This document shows, piece by piece, positions 16,395 through 26,659 of a DNA stretch of 64,000 bases. The position numbers and the translations under genes were made by a program. How positions within the stretch are numbered: the first letter of the stretch is position 1; each line of letters opens with the position of its first letter. This DNA is from a virus: IMG/VR virus record IMGVR_UViG_3300018080_000001, positions 1-64,000 of that record. The stretch is one strand, 5' to 3'. The notes beneath the pieces were generated by a model. It was not told where the DNA came from and searched no databases. It saw only the letters and a list, made by a program, of their open reading frames with translations.

Positions 16395-16831
16395 TAAGAG
16401 AATTCTCCTAAAATATAATCCCAAGTTCCTTCTCCATGTCCCACACAATGCTTGCCATCTATTTTAGAACGAACTAAACCGTTTGGTCCGCTAACCGAAT
16501 TATTCTCACGATGAAATTCTTTCCAAGAATCATATAAAGCCGGAGGAGGATTTTCGAAATCTCTTGTAAATTCTCTGTTTTTCACCACATTAATAAATTC
16601 AACCCAAGATATGATAGTTCTATATTCGTTTTTTATTATTACATTATCTGTTAACGTATAAAAACGTTCTAGATCATACAAATTATTTATTGACAATTCA
16701 GGATCAACGTGCAAAGCAAAACACCAACCGGCTAATGATTTTCCGAGGTGATATTCTTTTTGCTTTTCTCCCCGGCCACAATGTGGACAGACATCTCCTT
16801 CAGACCAATACATATAATAATTTGTTCCCAT
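16394..16831 (-). CDS. Conserved phage protein (MGTNYY...HLGKS.AGW...EFS type)
   Basis: GGAGG RBS before MGTNYY; motif pattern recalled from phage hypotheticals. Confidence 0.6.
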   Translation of the reverse strand: MGTNYYMYWSEGDVCPHCGRGEKQKEYHLGKSLAGWCFALHVDPELSINNLYDLERFYTLTDNVIIKNEYRTIISWVEFINVVKNREFTRDFENPPPALYDSWKEFHRENNSVSGPNGLVRSKIDGKHCVGHGEGTWDYILGEFS

Positions 16832-16876
16832 GATTTTTCCTCCTTTATTTATTTTATATAACTTCCAAAATTCCAT

Positions 16877-17302
16877 TTATCTTTCATAATTGTATACTTT
16901 TTTATATAAAATACTTCGTGGATTTTTGCCGGTTAATTTACTACGTTTTCTTTTTGAGGGATTATTTTTTCTCCATTCTCTAAACTTTTCTAAATCTTCT
17001 TTAACTTCGCAGCAAGCTTCCTCCCACAACTTATATATTTCGACATTACTAATAAAAAATTTATCTTTAATAAACTTATCTAATTTCAAAAATATAAAAT
17101 CACTTTCGCACAAATCTTTAAAATACGAGCGTTTATAAGATTTAGTTCCATAAAAATTTCCACAATTAAAAGTAATTCTACCTATTTGACAACCAGTACT
17201 ATCTAATACAAATAAATAAACCCAACCTGCACCTCTTTTATGAAGTTTTGTTTGTCCCCCGCATTTTATAACTACATTTTTAGCTTGCTCTATTGTTAAC
17301 AT
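16877..17302 (-). CDS. Hypothetical protein
   Basis: 141-aa ORF. Confidence 0.55.
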   Translation of the reverse strand: MLTIEQAKNVVIKCGGQTKLHKRGAGWVYLFVLDSTGCQIGRITFNCGNFYGTKSYKRSYFKDLCESDFIFLKLDKFIKDKFFISNVEIYKLWEEACCEVKEDLEKFREWRKNNPSKRKRSKLTGKNPRSILYKKVYNYER

Positions 17303-17310
17303 AACAAAAC

Positions 17311-17730
17311 CTATTCCTTAAAAACAGCTTTTCCCAGCTTTCTAACCTTCTTTGCGCAATCAGGACCGTACGCAAAACACCCTTGACTCTCATATGTATT
17401 CGACCAATCAGGTGGATCATTTGAAGAATCGACTTCCCAAACTTCATGAGTAACCGAATGCATTTCGAACCAAACCGCATTTTTATTTTCTAAGGCTTTT
17501 CCGCAAAGTTCACAATAAGCTACTACAACTTTTCTACGTGAATCCAATCCTAATTGTATCGCTAATGAATTAAATTCTCTTGCATTCAAATTATTTAGAT
17601 CTGCATAAATATCAAGAGATCTATCACTATTATGTTCTTTTTTATCAACAGCCCAGTTCAAATATTTATTTAAAGAATTCTTAATGGGGTTTGGTATATT
17701 GGTTGCAGACTTCATTTTGTTTGCCTCCAT
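17311..17730 (-). CDS. Zinc-binding hypothetical protein
   Basis: CELC...GPDCAKK. Confidence 0.6.
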   Translation of the reverse strand: MEANKMKSATNIPNPIKNSLNKYLNWAVDKKEHNSDRSLDIYADLNNLNAREFNSLAIQLGLDSRRKVVVAYCELCGKALENKNAVWFEMHSVTHEVWEVDSSNDPPDWSNTYESQGCFAYGPDCAKKVRKLGKAVFKE

Positions 17731-17739
17731 GTGCTAAGG

Positions 17740-17800
17740 GAAACATAACTCATATTTTTAGGACTGTCAATATATTGAGATAATTTTTTTAATTTTTTAT
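17740..17800 (-). promoter_or_regulatory. Sigma70-type promoter
   Basis: aaaaaaattatctcaataTATTGACAG...TATGTT. Confidence 0.7.
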
Positions 17801-17823
17801 ATCGGTGACACAAAATATGGGAT

Positions 17824-17884
17824 GCTGACGTGATTGGGCTAATTAAAGGCGGGGGAACATTGGGGGCAGACCAATCACGCCAGC
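17824..17884 (-). other. Intergenic stem-loop (14-bp stem, about 33-nt C-rich loop on the minus strand)
   Basis: gctgacgtgattgg / ccaatcacgccagc; the one mismatch is a G-U pair on the minus strand. Confidence 0.6.
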
Positions 17885-17892
17885 GGAAGGAC

Positions 17893-18090
17893 TTACCTTT
17901 TGGCTATTTTTACAGCCTTCATTAAGTTACCGGAACAACTAAGGGTAGCTTTATAATATCTATAATTTAGTTTTTCTATTTTTACTATTTGACAATTTGG
18001 ATACTTATATCTTATAAGTCTTTCCAAATCTTTATCAACACACGATGTAAGTAGTACAATTAGAACAAGAATAAAAAGGATTAACTTCAT
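17893..18090 (-). CDS. Small lipoprotein
   Basis: MKLILFILVLIVLLTSC lipobox. Confidence 0.65.
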   Translation of the reverse strand: MKLILFILVLIVLLTSCVDKDLERLIRYKYPNCQIVKIEKLNYRYYKATLSCSGNLMKAVKIAKR

Positions 18091-19235
18091 CCCTTTTTCA
18101 AGTCCTTTCTCCCCACGACAAACAAAGATCCATCTTCCGTACGAACATAATACTTGTCACCATGTCCATCAAAAAGTGAATCAATCCAACCCGCAGTACC
18201 CTTTTCCACTGTCTTCTTTATACCACCCCATAAAGGTACTACAATATCATTCTTCAACTTCACTGAATTTCCAGGTCCAAAAGTAAGTAATTCGTCCTGT
18301 GGTATTTCCGCTGGATCAAGACCATTATGCATTTGACCCAGTTCTTCCACTTCCCTTTCATATTCAAATTGATCCTCATCATCCTTATTCAGAGCAATAA
18401 GAGGTTCTAACGGCTCTTCAAAGCTTACACCTTCCATAAGCTCAGCAACATCCGCAGCCATCTCCGGAGCTATTTCAATACCAGTTTGAGGAAGACGCTC
18501 CTCTACCTCATTCTTCGTCTTTTGTAGAGTAAGATCAGCCATCGCATTTCTTATCTCTTCTTCCCTCTCCCACTTATCATCCTGGTTCGCATATGCATTA
18601 TGAATAAGTTCATCCACTTCCATCAATTCTTGAATTAACATAATCACTTGCGGTTCTAACCTATGATTTACAAACTTATCCAAAAATCCTTCTACCCAAT
18701 CATAGTTATTAAAACCTATTCTAGGCTTACTCGCCTGAATTATAATAATTTTTTCATTGCCTTTTGATGTTTTCATACGCTCAAAATTTAATTGATCCAA
18801 TTCACTTTCTACTTCTCTTTTCCTCGTATGTAAATCGTCTAATTCTTTATCATAGGATTTCGGTACCTGCAATTCGAGTAACTCTTCCAACAAGATGAGA
18901 GCTTGCTCCGCGTAAGGAGTTCCTCTTAACTGGGAAAACCACTCCTCATACTCAACGGAAGTAAACCAACAACAAGCTTTTTTACTTTTAGCTAGCATTT
19001 GCGCACCTTCTCCCAAAGTTCCACGGCTCGCTTCGAACAAATCAATAGCTGCCTGTGCTGCATAGTTCATTATATCTTCCAGGAGTAAGTCTTCACCCTC
19101 TATATTAATTGGTATATCTTCTTCATATACGACATTTCCGCCTTCCGACAGAATAACATGCATAATCGCAGGGTCTTCGGTCTCCCTCACGTCGATATCA
19201 AACCCGCCCAAAACTAAATCATAAGTATTATCCAC
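18087..19235 (-). CDS. Acidic modular protein with internal duplication and C-terminal SH3-like domain (putative virion)
   Basis: Two similar helical repeats; terminal beta-barrel-like segment. Confidence 0.6.
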   Translation of the reverse strand: MDNTYDLVLGGFDIDVRETEDPAIMHVILSEGGNVVYEEDIPINIEGEDLLLEDIMNYAAQAAIDLFEASRGTLGEGAQMLAKSKKACCWFTSVEYEEWFSQLRGTPYAEQALILLEELLELQVPKSYDKELDDLHTRKREVESELDQLNFERMKTSKGNEKIIIIQASKPRIGFNNYDWVEGFLDKFVNHRLEPQVIMLIQELMEVDELIHNAYANQDDKWEREEEIRNAMADLTLQKTKNEVEERLPQTGIEIAPEMAADVAELMEGVSFEEPLEPLIALNKDDEDQFEYEREVEELGQMHNGLDPAEIPQDELLTFGPGNSVKLKNDIVVPLWGGIKKTVEKGTAGWIDSLFDGHGDKYYVRTEDGSLFVVGRKDLKKG

Positions 19236-19239
19236 TTAT

Positions 19240-20667
19240 CTACTCCGCATCCAGATACATTTTCTTAAATGTTCCCGGCATAGGTTCAATGTCTTCTACA
19301 TGTACTTGATAACGCATACCCTTAGACTCTATAATCAAGTAATCATCTTCCGGATCTACGGTTATAATAGTACCCCGAATAGGTCCATCATTACCAAGAA
19401 ATTTAGCTTTATCCCCTAACTCCATTGGGGCTTTTGTCCCGGGCCACATTCTAGACACAGGTTCTATTGCTTCAGCGTCTTCTATCTCTTGAGCTTTTCT
19501 TCCAAACTTAGCCATAATACAATTTTTAAGATCTTCTTCCTCACTAGTATCTTCCGTACTCAGACAAACTTCAGTCTCCTGAATTTCGTAATTATCAGGA
19601 TCATCCATTTCAACCCATTCTATAACAACACTATCAGCAGGACACATAGAACGGACAAGATCTTCTACATCCATAATCTCGACGTCTGGTTCAACATCTT
19701 CTCCCAATTCTACATAAACATCATACATTTCCTGTGCTTGTACGGACTTCTTTTCATTTACAAAAGTATGGACCGGCCGTCCTCTGTTCTGGCCATAAGG
19801 ATTTAACACATAACCATCATTCATCAAGAATGATTCCCAGTCACTTTGATTCGCAGACCCAACTACCGGAATTATATAAGTCTCATACACGTGCTGCCAG
19901 GACCGGGGGAAATTGTCCTTATTATCCTCAATAGCTTTATCCATAAGGGATTTCACCTCAGAATAAGCACTGGGCAGACCCTTGTCCTTCATGGAACCTG
20001 ATCTATAATCATGAGGACCACTATCCTGATTACTAAAATTCTTATCCGAATCTAAATAGTTAATCATGCGCGGTTGATAACCTATGACATTCCTAGCATC
20101 AACAGCGATAGAAGTATCTTCAAAATCATTAAAAGGATCAAATTCACCGCGCAAAGGTTCCAAAGCATAAGATGTGTTGCGGTCTACAAGTTCATCTATC
20201 AAAGACTGCGAAATAATAGATTCTCTACCATCATGAATCATAATAGAAGGTACTATAATTTCACCCCGATCTATATGCACGGGAATATTTGTGTGAATAT
20301 CAACACCTGAAAAACTAGAAATTTTACAATTTAAATTAATAACACCGGACACGACTTCTTTATTATCGTGCGCAGCGTATCTAATGTTTCTAGGTCTTTC
20401 AGTACTTATTTTAGGGAAAATAGGAAAATTAAATTGAGCTAGTAAATCTGAAGTAACGCTAATAGCCTCTTTAATTAATCCCGGAAGTTTTTTATCTTTT
20501 GAATACTTTGATTGACTGATGGAGAACATGTCGCGCAAGTCACTAGAATCCAAGGCCTCTTTATGCGCTTTGAGTAATTCGCTATCAGCACGCGCTCTTT
20601 CCCTATAACTCGTGATAATAGGATTACATTTTACATGCTTTTTCTTATGCAAAGAATCAGGATTCAT
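19240..20667 (-). CDS. Modular putative virion protein
   Basis: Modules separated by VQAQE and RKAQE; C-terminal SH3/KOW-like domain. Confidence 0.6.
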   Translation of the reverse strand: MNPDSLHKKKHVKCNPIITSYRERARADSELLKAHKEALDSSDLRDMFSISQSKYSKDKKLPGLIKEAISVTSDLLAQFNFPIFPKISTERPRNIRYAAHDNKEVVSGVINLNCKISSFSGVDIHTNIPVHIDRGEIIVPSIMIHDGRESIISQSLIDELVDRNTSYALEPLRGEFDPFNDFEDTSIAVDARNVIGYQPRMINYLDSDKNFSNQDSGPHDYRSGSMKDKGLPSAYSEVKSLMDKAIEDNKDNFPRSWQHVYETYIIPVVGSANQSDWESFLMNDGYVLNPYGQNRGRPVHTFVNEKKSVQAQEMYDVYVELGEDVEPDVEIMDVEDLVRSMCPADSVVIEWVEMDDPDNYEIQETEVCLSTEDTSEEEDLKNCIMAKFGRKAQEIEDAEAIEPVSRMWPGTKAPMELGDKAKFLGNDGPIRGTIITVDPEDDYLIIESKGMRYQVHVEDIEPMPGTFKKMYLDAE

Positions 20668-21065
20668 TTTATTCCCCTTCGTGGATCGTTATTCGATATT
20701 CTCTTAGCAACTTGCCCTATAGTTGCTTTTATACCATTTGTTTCTGTGTTCTTCCTAAGCTCTTCTTTACGTTTTCTTATGTCCGCTAATCGAAGTGGGG
20801 TTTTTCCATTAAGAGCGTCGATAGCTGCTATAGTTTTTATACGAATACCGATATCCATTACATTCTGTTTTTTATCCATTGAAATAAAATATTCAATATG
20901 ATCTTTATCGCTTTTTTCTGTACGTTGTAAATAATCAATAAGATCTTTAGTATCTGCATACGGAGTTAGTACAGAATACACATGATGGCCAATTAAACCT
21001 AACCGATAAGCAAATAATTCTTGATTTTCGTCGCTATAATCCATCTTGAGCCATTTCTTCCGCAA
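20664..21065 (-). CDS. Hypothetical protein
   Basis: 133-aa ORF. Confidence 0.55.
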   Translation of the reverse strand: MRKKWLKMDYSDENQELFAYRLGLIGHHVYSVLTPYADTKDLIDYLQRTEKSDKDHIEYFISMDKKQNVMDIGIRIKTIAAIDALNGKTPLRLADIRKRKEELRKNTETNGIKATIGQVAKRISNNDPRRGIK

Positions 21066-21597
21066 TCATAGCCAAAAAAGATCTTTCTTTTTCAAATTCT
21101 AATAAATCTCTTTTTGTAATGGAAAAAAATGCAAGCTTATCCTGAGTTTCAACTTTATTCTCTTCTATAAAACCAGCATTAAATTCTAAAACGCCATCAC
21201 AACCTGCGCAAGACCATTTATCAGTAGATCCTACTACAGTATTCTCCACCATGTCTATTACTTCGCTATTTCTTAAGAACAATATATCCAGGCTAAAAGG
21301 TACTGTTCCCTGATGAAAAGTTACGTCCGAATTGATATAGGGAAAATACATTCCCTCATTTTCATTCAAACTATTGTAACCTTGAAGACCTTCCCTTTTC
21401 TTTTGTGGTGTATCAGCAGGATAACATTTCGCCCTTACATCTTTTTTCGCCCAAAGAACATGTACATGTAAAATAGGATGCAATGAACCACAAGAAGATT
21501 TTTTAACCCAGCCATTTTCATGAAAAAAAATTTTATTGTCCGATGTTAATAGACCTATATCTTCTGAATATCTTTGTCTGTAAGATCGTACCAACAT
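21034..21597 (-). CDS. DUF192 (COG1430) family protein
   Basis: ADTPQKKREGL...EGMYFPY...PFSLDILFL...VLEFNAG pattern. Confidence 0.8.
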   Translation of the reverse strand: MLVRSYRQRYSEDIGLLTSDNKIFFHENGWVKKSSCGSLHPILHVHVLWAKKDVRAKCYPADTPQKKREGLQGYNSLNENEGMYFPYINSDVTFHQGTVPFSLDILFLRNSEVIDMVENTVVGSTDKWSCAGCDGVLEFNAGFIEENKVETQDKLAFFSITKRDLLEFEKERSFLAMIAEEMAQDGL

Positions 21598-21646
21598 CTG
21601 AAAATCACACGCCTCTTATGTCGTTCCCCCAGTTTCACGATATGAG

Positions 21647-22174
21647 CTATTCGTTTTTATCAACATTTTTAGGAGGTCTTCCACGCTTCTTTTTAGGTTT
21701 TTCCGTAACTTTAGTATCTGAAGCAGGAATTGACTTACGCTCTTCTTTAACTTCTGTTTCCGGTTCAACTTTTGTTTCAACTTCAGGTTCAATTTCTTTT
21801 TTTACTTCAACTTCAACAACAGGCTCTACTTTATCTTCTACTTTATCTTCTACTTTATCTTCTACTTTATCTTCTTTTATGTCAACTTTATCTTCTTTTT
21901 TATCATATTTTTCTATATAATAAATTATACCACGGTCCCTTAATGCTCTTACTTCAGGATTAACCCTTAACTCTTCAATAGACAAACCAGTTCTTTCAAC
22001 CAACTCAACATAATCAGATGGCGTTCTGAGTGTTATCTTGATTTGTGCGGTCTTCGCCGCTTTACGCCGTTTATGCGCAGGCATATCTTCTAGATTTACT
22101 GGGATAAACACTGTAAAAGAAAGTGCACCCTTTGTATTGTTGTGAACTTCGAAACTATCCATAAATTCCTCCAT
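21647..22174 (-). CDS. Hypothetical protein with EDKV repeats and AT-hook-like KRGRPPK tail
   Basis: Translation. Confidence 0.65.
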   Translation of the reverse strand: MEEFMDSFEVHNNTKGALSFTVFIPVNLEDMPAHKRRKAAKTAQIKITLRTPSDYVELVERTGLSIEELRVNPEVRALRDRGIIYYIEKYDKKEDKVDIKEDKVEDKVEDKVEDKVEPVVEVEVKKEIEPEVETKVEPETEVKEERKSIPASDTKVTEKPKKKRGRPPKNVDKNE

Positions 22175-24531
22175 TACCTAAAAAGAGCGGTAAGACCTTT
22201 ATTCTTTACACCAAATAACTCTTCCGCCTCTGGAATAGTCATTCCCGCTTCTGCCACAAGTCTTCGAGTCAATTCTTCTGATTTTGCCGTCACTAATTGA
22301 TGCGTATTAGAAGCATTGATAGGCATCTGCTGCACTTCTTCCAATATTTTAAACGCCTTTGATTCTGGAGTTTCACCTTCCACATCCCCGACTTCCGGTA
22401 CAACCGGAGCGGCCTCAGCAACAGGATCAGCAACAGGATCAGCAACAGGTGCAGTCTGCTGCTCTACCATTTGAGCTTCTACAATTTTCAGCATCTTATC
22501 CATACTGGAAACTACGGGTGGAAGATTTTCTTCCGGAGCTGGAACCGGCTCTTTTGGAGTAGATACCGGTGTTTTCGGCTTCTCTATAGGTTTATCCCCC
22601 GCAGCAGGCATAGGCTTTTTTAGCTTAAGCTGAAGAATACCTTCCTTTTGCTTATCATCCATACCCTTAATATCTTCATCCGTCCACCCAAGGGCTTTAA
22701 CCCCCTCATTACCTGTACCAGGCTTCAAACCCTGTTGAGTAGGAGCAGCAGGGGCACCTGGCTGTGCCGTAGTGGGCGCAGCTGGTTCAGCGGGTGCTGG
22801 CGCAGCAGGAGCTGCTGCTGCGGGTTCTTGTGGCGCAGGAGCAGTCTGTGATGACTTAGAACCCATAATACCCTGCATAGGCGCAGCAAAAGGAATTTCA
22901 AACCACTGTGTGCCATCATGAGACGTAAAAGTACTTACGTTACCTTCGTATTCATATTGATCTATTAATTCTTTAGTTTCTGGTGTTACAGGAATATATA
23001 AATCTGATTCGTGGGTCTCCATGGGAATACCTAATTCCTGTACCACGTTATAAATATCAGATTGCGCTTTTTTTTCTTTGTCTTTTTTGTCTTTTTTGTC
23101 TTTTTTCTTGGGTGCTTTCTCTGTTACATCATCTTCCGTAAGTTCTTTACCATAATCACCGAAATACTTGGTATAGTAATCTTTTGCGTCGTCATCAACA
23201 GCTTCTATGTCACTCTCAGCTTCAGCACTGGCATCTTTTTCCGCTCTAAAAGCCGCTGTCCCATCATCTTCTTCTAAATACCCTACCCCTTGAGCTTCCA
23301 TCATGGGCTCTGCTTTAAAAGCAGACCAGTCTACGTCCTCTCCACCAAAAGCACGAGTCAAAGCGTGTAGTTCTTCTGCGGACTCAGCTTCGATATCTCT
23401 GTCATAAGCACCACCGTCATTCCACTTCTCGCGAAGACGCACAGATTGCTTACCCTTTTGTTCTTTTTTAATATCCCAGGCTGCCGCCCACGGGTTATCT
23501 ACGTTTGGATCTTCCTTTAACTCTTTAACAACATGCTCTAATCCCGGGGGTGAAACAGCCTCAACATTATTCCCGGCACACTCTTGCGCCGACTCTTTGT
23601 CATCATATTGTGCCAATACATTAAGAGCTTGTGTAGCACACCACTTATCCTCGTCCATAATATTTTCTAGTAATTCAGCAGAAGGTCTTTTTTTGTAGTA
23701 ATCTGCATATATTTCTTTAGCGGTAGGTTCTTTATCAATAAAAGTATCTATAATTTTACCCTTTATGTTATATTCTCTTTCGTTAAAATCTTCTGCACCG
23801 GATATTTCTTCTAGATATGACTTTGCTTCCTCTTCAGTATCAAAAATTTCCCAATCAGTTTGATCTAAATAACCCGGAGCTGACAACTGCGCACCATAGC
23901 CCTGCACCAGTTCGCTGACTTGACCCCCTGCAACTATCGCAGGATCACTTTTATACTCTCCCGGCACCCAATAAGATTCTCCATACTCGTCCTCTACTCG
24001 TGCCCATTCCCCATATACTATTTGTGGCTGCATGAATTGAGCTACCTTAGCACCTTCATCAATCTTCGAATCAACTGTACTAGAATCAGGACCTAAATTA
24101 GTATCCGTCATCTTTCCTTCAGGTGCTACATGTTGATTAATTTCTGGAGCTTTTAAGTGCTTATCCCTTGTTGTACTATCCGGTCCAAGAGGATTCTGTG
24201 GTACTGCTACATCATCTTTCGGTGCACTATAATCTTCGGGTGTAGAAATATCCTTTGAAGAACTATCAGGACCCAAAACATTTTTAGGAACCTTTACAGC
24301 ATCCGAAGGCGGTCCTTTAACTTCCGGAATCGGCATCTCTGACTTTTTACAGAAATCAGCTGTTATATGATCAATACTAGATAGTCCTGTAATATAGCCA
24401 TCACCTTCGGGTGGCCACATAACCACAGAATCATTAGCATCTATATAAATAGACCAACCATTTGAAGCCGTTACTGTCTTATCCGCTAAAATAGCAGCTT
24501 TAACCTCATCCATATTATATTGTCTGCTCAT
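22174..24531 (-). CDS. Large multi-module putative virion-internal/scaffold-like polyprotein
   Basis: 3x LGPDS repeats; modules delimited by KVAQ, KKAQ, KSSQ, VEAQ; Pro/Ala linkers. Confidence 0.65.
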   Translation of the reverse strand: MSRQYNMDEVKAAILADKTVTASNGWSIYIDANDSVVMWPPEGDGYITGLSSIDHITADFCKKSEMPIPEVKGPPSDAVKVPKNVLGPDSSSKDISTPEDYSAPKDDVAVPQNPLGPDSTTRDKHLKAPEINQHVAPEGKMTDTNLGPDSSTVDSKIDEGAKVAQFMQPQIVYGEWARVEDEYGESYWVPGEYKSDPAIVAGGQVSELVQGYGAQLSAPGYLDQTDWEIFDTEEEAKSYLEEISGAEDFNEREYNIKGKIIDTFIDKEPTAKEIYADYYKKRPSAELLENIMDEDKWCATQALNVLAQYDDKESAQECAGNNVEAVSPPGLEHVVKELKEDPNVDNPWAAAWDIKKEQKGKQSVRLREKWNDGGAYDRDIEAESAEELHALTRAFGGEDVDWSAFKAEPMMEAQGVGYLEEDDGTAAFRAEKDASAEAESDIEAVDDDAKDYYTKYFGDYGKELTEDDVTEKAPKKKDKKDKKDKEKKAQSDIYNVVQELGIPMETHESDLYIPVTPETKELIDQYEYEGNVSTFTSHDGTQWFEIPFAAPMQGIMGSKSSQTAPAPQEPAAAAPAAPAPAEPAAPTTAQPGAPAAPTQQGLKPGTGNEGVKALGWTDEDIKGMDDKQKEGILQLKLKKPMPAAGDKPIEKPKTPVSTPKEPVPAPEENLPPVVSSMDKMLKIVEAQMVEQQTAPVADPVADPVAEAAPVVPEVGDVEGETPESKAFKILEEVQQMPINASNTHQLVTAKSEELTRRLVAEAGMTIPEAEELFGVKNKGLTALFR

Positions 24532-24564
24532 TGTCGTTTCCTTTTGTCTTGACAGTACAAGCTC

Positions 24565-25215
24565 TTAATCCCCATTAATCAAAGACAAAATAAAATTTCG
24601 CGCTTTTATACAATGGGGTTGATTTCGATCCAGACCATGATCAACAATTACTCTATTATAATCTTCTTGACTATTTATCTTAGAAGCAATCCGCATTAAA
24701 TCCGAAAGTGGTAAAGTTGAATAACCCTTTTTACCTATTTCATCTATAACTGAACCAACAATTGAACGGGGATAATTTCTAGTATAATAAGTTTTAATCT
24801 CTTCAAAAGCTCTTACATTTATATTCGACTCTCTATCTTTTTTCCATTTTTTCTCTAATAAACCTTGAAGAGCTTTTAAACCAATATCCTTTTTATTATC
24901 CGCCGCATTGGCCTTAACAATTTGCAATGCATTGAACACAGAATTAACGGGAAGACCTTCATTCGTAGGTTTATTTTCATTGTCAAGAACTTTAGATAAA
25001 ATAGATCGTACTTCATTCACTACAGCAGGATCTTCCCTATATTTACCCCCGTACTTTATATCATAGTCCTTCTTCTTAGCAGCTTTTTCCCCATAATCAT
25101 TATATAAACGACCTACGTTTATATCCGGAATAGATTTCTGAGAAAGATTTGCCAGATCTTGTTTGATATTTCGCATTTCAAATCTCCTTAACAAGTACTC
25201 AACAAATTCTAACAC
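24565..25215 (-). CDS. Hypothetical protein
   Basis: 216-aa ORF (likely start MRNIK). Confidence 0.6.
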   Translation of the reverse strand: MLEFVEYLLRRFEMRNIKQDLANLSQKSIPDINVGRLYNDYGEKAAKKKDYDIKYGGKYREDPAVVNEVRSILSKVLDNENKPTNEGLPVNSVFNALQIVKANAADNKKDIGLKALQGLLEKKWKKDRESNINVRAFEEIKTYYTRNYPRSIVGSVIDEIGKKGYSTLPLSDLMRIASKINSQEDYNRVIVDHGLDRNQPHCIKARNFILSLINGD

Positions 25216-25245
25216 TAACGATTATGTAAAATCTAAAGACAAAAC

Positions 25246-25491
25246 CTAATCGTTTATTATATCTCTGAGAAAAAATTCTTCCGTGCACTTACTGCATTTC
25301 ACTACCAATGGAATTGAGCCGAATACTATGTTTAACATATTGGCACAAGCCGGACAAATAATTTCTTCGCAGTCTTCGTCCTTCCTGCAATCCTCGTCAA
25401 ACAGCATTTTTGTAAACTCTGAATTTTTTTGTCTCTGTAAATCAGTATGATTTATATCGCGGTATGCGCTATGTTCGAAATCGGACAACAT
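25246..25491 (-). CDS. Zinc-ribbon protein
   Basis: CPAC...CSKC. Confidence 0.6.
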   Translation of the reverse strand: MLSDFEHSAYRDINHTDLQRQKNSEFTKMLFDEDCRKDEDCEEIICPACANMLNIVFGSIPLVVKCSKCTEEFFLRDIIND

Positions 25492-25496
25492 TTAAA

Positions 25497-26321
25497 TCAA
25501 TCATTGGCAGGGGAAATCATCTTGGGAACAACACTAACCCAGTCCTCTCCGTACTTTCCGTAGTATGAGGACCAATACTCAGCAGCAGCCTCATCAACTC
25601 CGTGTTTCTTTAGCCACATTCGAGCCGCATCCGCACGTACACGTTTTTTAACTTCTCGGACAAGTTCCTTACCAAAAGGCCCTGCGTACATCTGCCAATA
25701 TTGTCTAGCTGCCTCGTCCACTGCCAATTTTCTGCTCTCAGGATCTCTGTACTCATCTATAATATTGGACAGGTCAATAGCAACTTTACCGTACTTAGTA
25801 AGAGCTTCTTTTTTATACCCGCGCTTAACTAAATCAAAAGCCGCTTTCATATTCGCATCAACAGTACCAAGATTGTATACTATCTCCGCTGCAACCAAGT
25901 ACGGAATATTAAGATACTTAGACGCAGTTCTCGTACGAACACCGTATGTGATATTCTTCCTAATATCATCTATGTATTCAGCACCAAATGCACGTCGTAG
26001 TTCATCCCAATTATAAATTTTTGGACAAGCCTTTAAATTAACTTTATTTGCTACAATATTAAATCTATTAGCGATAGAATTCGGAATAGAATTAGTTAAC
26101 GTAGCATCATCAACCAAAGATGCTCCGAATAAACCCCAATAGGCAGCGCTAATATTCTTTCGTTCTACACCATTAGACGATTTTTTAGACATAACATCAC
26201 CCTCAGATCTTTTACGTTTAATACGCAAATTACCCGACTCACCGTCCTTACTCATTTCCCAAAGATGGTGCGCTCTTGTTCGTCTCGCTTCTAGTTTTCT
26301 TTTTCTTTCTAAACTATTCAT
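25497..26321 (-). CDS. Putative virion protein with repeated VDEAAxxYWxxYxG motif
   Basis: Motif shared with 22174..24531. Confidence 0.6.
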   Translation of the reverse strand: MNSLERKRKLEARRTRAHHLWEMSKDGESGNLRIKRKRSEGDVMSKKSSNGVERKNISAAYWGLFGASLVDDATLTNSIPNSIANRFNIVANKVNLKACPKIYNWDELRRAFGAEYIDDIRKNITYGVRTRTASKYLNIPYLVAAEIVYNLGTVDANMKAAFDLVKRGYKKEALTKYGKVAIDLSNIIDEYRDPESRKLAVDEAARQYWQMYAGPFGKELVREVKKRVRADAARMWLKKHGVDEAAAEYWSSYYGKYGEDWVSVVPKMISPAND

Positions 26322-26344
26322 TTTTTTACCCGTTTCCCCCTATC

Positions 26345-26659
26345 CTAATAATAGTAAGGATTTTCTGTATTATAAGTATCCCCGTATCCATATTCTGTTT
26401 TCTGCTGTTGCTGCGCTTTTTCCTCACGCTTATCTTTCAACCAACTTTGCAATAGCTTTACTATAGTAGTCAATTTCCAGTCCAACGTCAACAAAGCAAC
26501 AGTCTCAAGACTCTTTAACGCCCCGTCAAGCATATTCTCCCACATAGAATTATCTAAAGGATTCTGTTGGGATTTTTTCCGTTTCAAAGATCTAAGAAGA
26601 CTTGGAACACCTATCCCTTTAGCCAATTTTTTAAGGTATTCTGTTTCTTCTCTCGTCAT
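26345..26659 (-). CDS. Hypothetical protein
   Basis: 104-aa ORF, KKSQ/EKAQ motifs. Confidence 0.55.
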   Translation of the reverse strand: MTREETEYLKKLAKGIGVPSLLRSLKRKKSQQNPLDNSMWENMLDGALKSLETVALLTLDWKLTTIVKLLQSWLKDKREEKAQQQQKTEYGYGDTYNTENPYYY

